Shown here: positions 55,405-64,000 of the stretch, one piece after another
Layout: every line of letters starts with the position of its first letter
Numbering within the stretch: position 1 is the first letter of the stretch
Assembly: GCA_951406725.2 (NCBI GenBank)
Contig: OX597817.1
Location: forward strand, 20,026,001 to 20,090,000
DNA: 64,000 bases
Direction of reading: 5' to 3'
Source of the DNA: Octopus vulgaris
Taxonomy: Eukaryota
The notes under the pieces: model-generated
Seen by the model: the letters and a program-made list of their open reading frames with translations, nothing else
The model's database searches: none
Told to the model about the DNA's origin: nothing
Position numbers and translations under genes: made by a program

Positions 55405-55558
55405 ATGTGTGCATGTCTGTGTGTCTGTGAAAAGAGACCGATAGAATAAGTACTGGGCTTACAAAGAATAAGTCCCGGGGTCGAGTTTCTCGATTAAAGA
55501 CGGTACTCCAGCATGGCCGCAGTCAAATGACTGAAAACAAGTAAAAGAGTAAAAGAGT
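55196..55558 (+). mobile_element. SINE family B with an internal deletion after the microsatellite
   Basis: Colinear with 47030-47425. Confidence 0.92.
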
Positions 55559-57839
55559 ATACCCGCCTGCGAATTTGTAGAAAGTTGTATAGAATAATAT
55601 ATCAGCTGAATAAATTTACAACGTGGTGTATTTTTACGTTTTTTTTTCTTATTGCATTAAAAAATATATCTTACAATGTTGAAGTGTGTTAAACATTAAC
55701 AGAATATTTTATAATATTCATAAAGTTCAATTAGTACCTTCGTGCTTTCGTAGTCAACATAAGATTTCAAAATGTATTAACTGACAGTTGAGTTGGGTGC
55801 TTGACAACTGTAGTAAAATGACTGACTTCTTGCTTTTTATGCCCTTTAGAAGGCTGTCACAAGCTGAAGTTTTCGAATACGGTTTTGACCAATCAGGAAG
55901 GTGCATCGATGTTACTGGCATAGATTCCGCCTTATTTCAACCTAGTAACTTGCGGTTTATATGTAATGCTTTTATGAGAGAGCAAACTTAGTTGGTTTCT
56001 ATCACTTTTATTTCCGTCGGTGGGAGTTTTCTGTAATTTGTTTATATTCGTAGGTTAAAGAAACGTTTTAATACACATCATTCAATGGTTGTTACATTAT
56101 TGTTCTTGTTACCGTTCAGAACAGGTTGAAGATTTTAATAAAACTTTTTTTCTTTTATCATGTAGTTTGTGAAAACCTTGTAGCTTCCACAAAGTACATG
56201 ACACAAGTTTGGATTTTTGGAATACGAAGTTGAATTAATAAACATATTTGTTGCAGAAAATAACCTCAACGTACATTCTGGAGAAAATATTTCATCTATC
56301 TAAAAAGTATCTTGTTATACACTAGATTCAAATCATCCCTGTTGTCTGGGAACTTCTGCTGTCTCACAACGTAGTAAATTTTTAAGGTTCTAGGCATTAC
56401 GTTAAGTACAATTTAGCTGTCTTTGGTTTTATACTCTGAATGTGCAGTAGAATGCTTCATTAGATAACATGTGCAACATGTTTATGCATGTAAATGTGGA
56501 ATTTGCTTTGTGAAATTAAGAAACATGATTTGATAATGAAGAGAGAATATAGATTTCAATTAGAAAAAAATTGGCAAGTTCAGCTAGTAAGAATTCTGTT
56601 CTAGCTTTGCAGCCTGGTTTTCTAAGCCGGCAGTTAACATTTCACTTCTCAACGTTCAAACATTTTATTATCACCTATGTCTGTCTCCCTAGATTCAGTA
56701 CTATCGAGATTTAGTACGGCATTCGATTCTAAAGATTCAATTTTGTTTTCTATCATCGAACATTATTGCGGTTTTCATTTTCGTCTTTAGAATTCAGTTT
56801 ATAATTCCAGTTAGTACCCAGGTTTATGAGTTAAACTAATACTACATCATCGATTTGTATGCTAAAGAGTTATGTATCTAAAGTATAACAATTATACACG
56901 AATATTTCGCAAGTGACTCTTTAAATATGTCCATTTTTAAATACAGAAAGACCAGCATTAAACCGCATAATTCATACGTTCAAACATTTTAAAACATTAA
57001 GAATTTTATTAGAATGAGGCAAACTATAAACTATTTTTTTTTCACATCAAATATCTGATATATTTTCTTTATCTCCATACATACGCTGACACATGACAAC
57101 ATACATTAATAATTTTATTGTTAATATATGTGTAAATACGAGACATAAACAAGTAATTATCTTTGGATGTATAGCTATAATTCACCTGTGCAGATATAGT
57201 ATATTTAAATATCAACTAAAGATAATTGCATATTTGAATATTTTAGTTAATATTAGTTTTTATTTCGTTTCAATGTAAATGTAGTAAAATGGTAATATGC
57301 AATTAATATATGTAAATACCATATATAGATTTTTAAGCTACACTTTATAGCCTTGTTATTTATAATAATTGTAATTTCATCGGAATCAGTACCATCTTTC
57401 TCTAGTTACGGAGCGACATATTTACAATCAGCTAAAATTTGATAGATGGTTAAGCTGCAATAAATCATTGTGAATTAAAGATTATATACTCATTTCTGGA
57501 CATGTATGTGTATACATATGAATATATGTATGTGCATAGGTTTGTTCCGTGATTTGGAGAGAAATGATTATACACAAATGCACACACACATACATATATT
57601 CACGCATTATACAACATCTAAGTCATGGGAGAAGCATTCGATTACGTGATTAATTTCATCTTGGGATGAGCGCATTAAATATTAACGGCTAAATATATAT
57701 TTTGTTCTCAGATATCAAACATCGTGTTGTACTCTTAACTCCCCAAGGCAATAACCTACATAATAATTATTCTGCTAAAGCGGTGTCGTCTTTTGCACCA
57801 TTGTCATTGCAACAAAAAGTGGACAAAAATCTTAAGGGA

Positions 57840-58110
57840 ATCTCTAGGACTCCAAAGGTTTTCTCATTTATCTTGACCTCAGGAAAGTCTTTGATAAGAT
57901 CCACCACAGTATACTCTTAAATAAAATACACATCACTGCAATTCCTAGCGAAACTACTAAAGTGAAGTGAATTTTTATCTGAAGAACCGAATGAAGCTTC
58001 CAGTGATTGATGGTGTTCGATCGAACTCAGCAAGATACATCATTGAAGTCCCACAAATGGATCAAGATATATTCACTATTAACATCATACTCGCTAGGAC
58101 TTACCTCTTT
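57840..58110 (+). mobile_element. CR1/L2-group RT fragment (decayed)
   Basis: LIYLDLRKVFDKIHHSILLNKI ... [18 protein letters not shown] (cf. YLDFxKAFDKVxH...V.SGVPQG). Confidence 0.7.
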
Positions 58111-58170
58111 ACAAGAATCAAAGTCAAGTCAGAATATATCTATATACAGATATACATATACATATATATG

Positions 58171-58203
<33 letters not shown>

Positions 58204-58208
58204 GTATA

Positions 58209-58271
<63 letters not shown>

Positions 58272-58309
58272 ATATATTTATTTATATAAACGACCTCGAA
58301 CACACAAGT

Positions 58310-58516
58310 AAACAAGGGAGTCAGAGAAAGGCAGAATGCTACTTATATCTGAACACTACTAAGAAATATTCTTTTTAAAAAAAACTTTTCTTCTAATTTT
58401 TCTAAATTTAATTATTTAATATTACAGTTGAAAAGGTCTTAAAATGACCGAAACCGGTACTGAAAGATTCACTATAAAATCATCTTAGCATTTTCTATTT
58501 TTGACTTGTTTTTTCA
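58310..58516 (+). mobile_element. Short non-coding segment with a degenerate hammerhead motif, between TA microsatellites
   Basis: cag-TTGAAAA-ggtc/ttaaaat/gacc-GAAAC-CG-GTA-ctg at 58425-58462. Confidence 0.5.
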
Positions 58517-58609
58517 TATATATATATATATATATATATATTTGTGTATGTGTGTGTGTGTGTTGTGTATCTTCTTTAATTCTGTAAAGTGTTTCGTCTT
58601 TAAAGCTGC

Positions 58610-59890
58610 GATCATAATGGGGCACCACTGTTGGCTGGGCTACATCATTATTTCAAATCTTCTCTGATATGTGTCATCTGGTGAATGACGGAATTTGATG
58701 TTGCTGCCCCATTTGTGTTTCTTGCTGTGAGGTAGTCCCATCTGGAGCCCTTCACAAGAGGAGAACAAGCTTTGCTTTGAAGTCACATCCACACTCTGCA
58801 CGTATCTCAGGCATTTCGGAATGATACTGAAAAGCAGTGGCCCTTGAAACGCAGGCTCTTGCAGTATCTGGTTCTGTATTTTGATGGTGATGCTGGGATC
58901 TTTGGCACTATGCACTGGCGCTCCGTTCTGCTGTTTGTGTAACTTTCACTGCCAAAGTTTGGTAAAAGGCCTTCCAGGATTTTCTAGATGTATATCAGTG
59001 CATATCTTTCCCACCTTCGTACTAGAAAAAAGAGATTTATCCGTTTAAGTCTTACCCAGTACCTGGTGTTCCTGCTCTATAGTTAAGTCTTACCCGGTAC
59101 CTGGTGTCTTGCATTGAGACGATTTTATTTGTGTAGATTCATTGGATTGCTTCGAGTTCTGCCGTTATGTCTATACCCTATAGGGACCATAGTAGGGAGG
59201 AGTAGTCCAAGCGGCTGAGGAGGGATGCTCCCTAAAATACCATCATTGTCTCCTTTTCTTTCGTTTTTAAAGTTCGCGGGATCCATTTAGCTATTCGTCT
59301 GAATTTCAATTATCAGATTATAATGCACCTAGAAACAAGCACCATTGCTCATGTCAATTTCTAGGTCACGCACTGATATATTTTCAGGGATTGCAATTCC
59401 TCCTCCTGGGCTAGTGTATCCTGTTTGCGTGTCGTTCAGCTTTTTGTGCTGGTAGTGAAAGGCTTGTAATTTTCCTGCATGAAACTGCATGTTGTTGTCC
59501 TCAGCCCACCTGTTTATTACGTTCAATTCCCGTTGCATATGCGCAATATTTCCGGGATTTTGTATTGTCTGAGATACCTATGTGTCGTCTGCATCGCTAG
59601 CAATGGTAGTCATCTTAACAGGTGAGGGCGTATCTGAGAGGGACACTATGAATAAGAGTGGCCCTAATACAGTGCTCTGTGGAACACCACTTACTATTTG
59701 TGCTTTTGTCAGGTGGCTACATTGGCCACCACTGCCTTACGTCTATCTTTTAGAAAACCATGTAGCCACTCTCCAAGTTTTCTGACTATGCCGAAAGCAC
59801 GCCGTTTGTGACATATCATACCAGAGGTGTGATGCTGGAAGAGCTGTATCAGGTAGTTTCTACCTGGTGGAAATTCATGCTGGGTGTCAG
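58610..59890 (-). mobile_element. CR1/L2-group LINE RT plus 3' fragment (decayed)
   Basis: SGVPQSTVLGPLLF, DADDT, MQRELNVINRWAEDNNMQFH, VRDLEIDMS, LIYI.KILEG, FQGPLLFSIIP. Confidence 0.88.
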
Positions 59891-60362
59891 TTTACTGTTA
59901 CGTTAACGTAAGATTAAGAAACAAAAGGTAAGATAAAACACTTGATGTACTCAGTATATATATAAACGGGCTACTAATAATTTCTTGCTTTTGAGATCCA
60001 GACAGGTTTTATAATACGCCTTGTGTCTCGAAGCAATTTCAAATTCTGCGAATTTGGTTTATTGTATTTGTAAGTCGAGACGTATGTGCAAGAGAAATCG
60101 AAAATGAAAATCCAGAAACTTGATGAAAATGTGAAAGGGTGAATATAAACGCCAACGGTCCATCTTTTCAATCTACCTTATTCTCGTTATCTTTGTGTGA
60201 TTACGTTTGTACTAACGTCCTTAATTTATAAGTACAGTAGACCATGTGCCCGGAGCCCACAGATAGTATGTTGACATAAATTGTGTTATAAAAGTTACCT
60301 AGACAATTTCTGAAGCTAGAAGCTTGTTGTAGCCTATATCTTTATTCTGTGAACATTATCTG

Positions 60363-60439
<77 letters not shown>

Positions 60440-60869
60440 CGCGTGTGTGTTATAAATGGATATAATTAATATATGCAAATATACTTTACAGAGTAACTGT
60501 ATGCAGATAAGAATATTAAATCTCTTAATTGGGGTGTATTTCTGAGAGAACGAAGTAGGAAATGCAAAGTAAATTGAATTAATTAAATTTACAGTAATGT
60601 TCCCGTGATTCAAATATAACTGAATGGAGGAAATTGGAATATAATAAGGAAAGCAAATATTTATACATATCTGATATTTAGATGCATGTATTTATGCGTA
60701 ATTCTTTGCATTTGTAATGAAGAAATCAAATCAAATTGCCACATACAGAACCAAAAACAGAAACACCTGACATATCCACAGAAATCTATGTGTACGCGAG
60801 TTTGTGTGCGTGCGTGTGTGTGTGAGTATAATGACACCCTATAATGGGTCTTAACTATATAATCAAGAA

Positions 60870-61150
60870 TGACGTCCATGGAACATCCAAAGCGATACTA
60901 AATTTACATTTTTCGAAAGCTTAAAAATAGTTGTGCGCATGTACTGCGGCAAGAACCAAGCTGTTGCATTTAAAACTAAGGTGTATTGCTTTTCCACCTG
61001 ATTACTCATGCTTAAAATATTTGTTCGGGACATTTTCCAACGTAGTGTCATTCCAAACTATTTAAATATACTTCGGACTAAGAAAACCGTGGTTTCCGAC
61101 AACAGACCAAATAAAATCTCAAGTAAACGATTAATAATTATGATCACATC
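60870..61150 (+). mobile_element. Possible very decayed mariner transposase C-terminal fragment
   Basis: Weak PPDYS..LFGTFSN remnant (cf. PSDYHLFRSLQN). Confidence 0.25.
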
Positions 61151-61307
61151 TAAATTCATACCATTATGTGAATGCCTAGAGAAGCAAGAACGTAAACGCG
61201 CACAAAATACATACTCAGACCTGCATGCACATATATACACGTATACATATATGCCTGCATGTATGTATAAATGTACTATGTACGTATGTGTGTATGCACG
61301 TATGTCA

Positions 61308-61625
61308 CTATTGAGTTTTGGTACACGATTTCTTGCCAATAGAGGAATAGCTGATTTCTAATAGCGATCGAATGATACATCGTGGTAATTTCAATATCAA
61401 CACGGTATATTTGCATATATGTATAAGTGTGCAACCAGTGCATATGCAGTTTTGCATGCTTTGTTTAATGTATGCATTTTCATACATATAGTTGCATGTC
61501 TAGACATGCGCATATGGACTTTTTACAGATTTTCAGTTTCATTGATGGCTTGACCTGTAGCCTTTGTATCAGCTTTTTCCTTTCTGGTTTTGAGAAGCCC
61601 TATGTCTCGAAATTGGTACTTAGGC
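61308..61625 (-). mobile_element. RLE non-LTR retrotransposon 3' end, copy 1 ((CATA)n-associated family)
   Basis: Colinear with 61750-62215. Confidence 0.75.
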
Positions 61626-61649
61626 TTATTTACACGTGTGCATGTATGC

Positions 61650-61682
<33 letters not shown>

Positions 61683-61749
61683 TGTATGCATGTATATACG
61701 TGTGTACGTAGGTATGTATGCATTGTTGTATGTATATCTGTATGTCATT

Positions 61750-62215
61750 ATTCATTTTTATATCAAGATTTCATGCCAATAGAGAAAGAACCGGTTTATA
61801 ACCTGGATCCAAGGCTCCTTCATTGGAATTTCAACATCAATAACTGAATATGCATGTATTTTTGCCTGTATGTATGTACGTATGTACTTACCCATGTATG
61901 TATATGTGCAGATATATATATTTTGTTTTCATGCATATAGCTGCGTATCTAGACACACTCATATATATTTAAATGCTCAACTTCTAGAAATTTTTACAGA
62001 TTTTTAAAATTCAAATGCTGAATTGTATCCGCAGACTTCGAATTAGTTTCCTCCTTTCTAGATTTGAGAAACCTAATTTCTCAAGATTTGTATTTAGCCA
62101 TTGCGTTACTTATCCCAGAGCACCAATTGTTACAGGTATAAACCTGAAGTTGATTTCAGGATAGAGTAACTGCAGATTTCTCAATATTTTCTTATGATCT
62201 TAAGCTTTATGTAAA
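61750..62215 (-). mobile_element. RLE non-LTR retrotransposon 3' end, copy 2
   Basis: Minus strand: LRNLQLLYPEINFRFIPVTIGALG*VTQWLNTNLEKLGFSNLERRKLIRSL.. followed by a UTR and a (CATA)n-rich tract. Confidence 0.82.
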
Positions 62216-62375
62216 CTATGTATGTATGTATGTATGTATGTATGTATGTATGTATGTATGTATGTATGTATGTATGTATGTATGTATGCATGTGTGTGTA
62301 TGTATGTATGTATGTATGTATGTATGCATGCATGCATGTATGTATGTATGTATGCATGTATGTATGTATGTCCTT

Positions 62376-62500
62376 GTTCAGTTTTATTTCAAGATTGCTT
62401 GCCAATAGAAAAAGAGCTCGTTTCTAGCCTAGATCCAGGGCTACTTAATTAGATTTTCATCATCCACAACAAGGCTATTTTTCTTTCTATATATGCATGT
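62376..62500 (-). mobile_element. RLE non-LTR retrotransposon 3' UTR, copy 3
   Basis: ttcagttttatttcaagattgcttgccaatagaaaaagagc...ctagatccagggc matches 61750-61850; (TATG)n at 62218-62370. Confidence 0.75.
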
Positions 62501-62533
62501 ATTAATGCTGATTTGTATGTATGCATGTACGTA

Positions 62534-62580
<47 letters not shown>

Positions 62581-62622
62581 TGTGTATGTATATTTGTATG
62601 TATATATATGTACGTATTTGCG

Positions 62623-62674
<52 letters not shown>

Positions 62675-62714
62675 TATATATGTACGTATATATGTATGTA
62701 TATATGTATGTATG

Positions 62715-62777
<63 letters not shown>

Positions 62778-63025
62778 CATATGTACTTGTATGTGTATTG
62801 ATGTATGTATGTGTCTCATTAACTAATCTATTTACTTATGAAAGCCTCCTTATCTCTCTTCCTTCAGTTATTTACTTGAGATCATCATCCTCGCAGCTCA
62901 TCCTCTTCGGAACTCATACTTTTAACGACGTCCTTATTGCACTATCATCGTCTGTTGTATACTTTGTTTTAGCTTACTCGTAAAACGCAAATATATTTTT
63001 ATCCGAACAGTTTTTTTCTCCTGCT

Positions 63026-63124
63026 GAAAGGATGTCTTAGACCTAACGTCTAAGGCATCCTTTCGTCTTCTTTTGGTCCTGACTTAGACATATACAAGTT
63101 ATGTCTAGGGCGACAAGAGTGTTA
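63026..63124. repeat. Two adjacent hairpins followed by ...GAGTGTTAA (possible MITE end)
   Basis: gaaaggatgtcttagac/gtctaaggcatcctttc (17 bp, one G:T pair); tagacata/tatgtcta. Confidence 0.6.
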
Positions 63125-63349
63125 AAAGATGGAAAAAATAGTATCTGATCTACAGGTACTTATTTTATAATATTCAGTTTGTTCCTTCGGCAATATATTC
63201 TCAGCTTTCACGCGTCATTTCTTGCAAATACACACGCACGTATATAAGATATACACACAGAGACGCGCCCACACAGACACTCACATATATATTTATTTAA
63301 CACGTTTCGGTCATCCATAGAGATTGCCTTGAAAAAATTTCATTTCAAA

Positions 63350-63498
63350 TTATCGACACCAGCTTTGTCTTTTTGAAAAGCCTGATATTTCTATCGGTAT
63401 ATTCGGTATATCTTTCCGAACGGCAAACTTACGGGGACATAAACACGCCAGCAACAAGTGTGAGTGAGAAACACAGTCACAAAGATACACACACACAT

Positions 63499-63548
<50 letters not shown>

Positions 63549-63745
63549 ACACATACGAGCGCGTATACACACACACGCATGCACACACACACGCATACGC
63601 ACGCACACCCATATACACGAAATCCACTCACACGGCTTTGGTCGCCCCGAGGCTGTTGTACAGAAAATATTTGCCCAATGTGCAACGCAGTGCGACTGAA
63701 TCTGGTACATCTGGTTTGGAAGCAAACTTCTTACTACACATCCAG
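63350..63745 (-). mobile_element. SINE family B, diverged, with an expanded internal (CA)n
   Basis: ccgaacggcaaacttacggggacataaacac...aaatccactcacacggctttggtcg. Confidence 0.75.
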
Positions 63746-64000
63746 ACCGTCAGGAAATCCGCAGTGTTTGTTGATACATAGCTACATAGTTATAGAAAAA
63801 AACGTTTTCAGCACTTCTAATGCTGACGAGTAGAAGAAAAACGACTTTCAAAACCTTCTCATCGCTAGGTAACATATAAATATATATAGAAAGAATATTC
63901 TTGATCTTATAGTACGAAAGGTCACTAGAAACATTGTCAAATACACTAAAAACGACACTAAAACACGAAAATATTAAGTCGAGAAGAGCAACGATTATGC

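Noticed and set aside
63818-63930. Hammerhead (CTGACGA-gta ... tac-GAAA-ggtc)
   Set aside because: No stem III, poor stem I and an ~80-nt unstructured insert; could be chance or too decayed to call

Overview
AT-rich, microsatellite-saturated eukaryotic DNA. The SINE families and overall repeat content look like a coleoid cephalopod, most likely Octopus; this is my recognition, not a database result. I found no intact host protein-coding gene, and almost all listed ORFs are microsatellite or satellite read-throughs. Mobile elements: a near-intact 1,273-bp mariner (DD34D) with TIRs and a TA TSD, an internally deleted L1/Tx1-type LINE, CR1/L2 fragments, several R4/Dong-type RLE retrotransposon fragments, at least four Penelope-like elements (PLEs) and three tRNA-headed SINE families. 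Other repeats: a 9-bp plus 22-bp composite satellite with a 236-bp higher-order period and a ~345-bp foldback palindrome. Most interesting observations: (i) two same-strand stacks of microsatellite-embedded RLE-type elements, a (TAA)n stack that includes a ~560-bp non-coding element with fixed ends and a (CATA)n stack; (ii) minimal hammerhead-ribozyme motifs at PLE ends, one within a clear inverted repeat; (iii) a SINE 3' tail matching the 3' end of the adjacent Tx1-type LINE, plus a second, swapped tail; (iv) two heavily decayed candidate host pseudo-exons, one cadherin-like and one GPCR-like, both low confidence.
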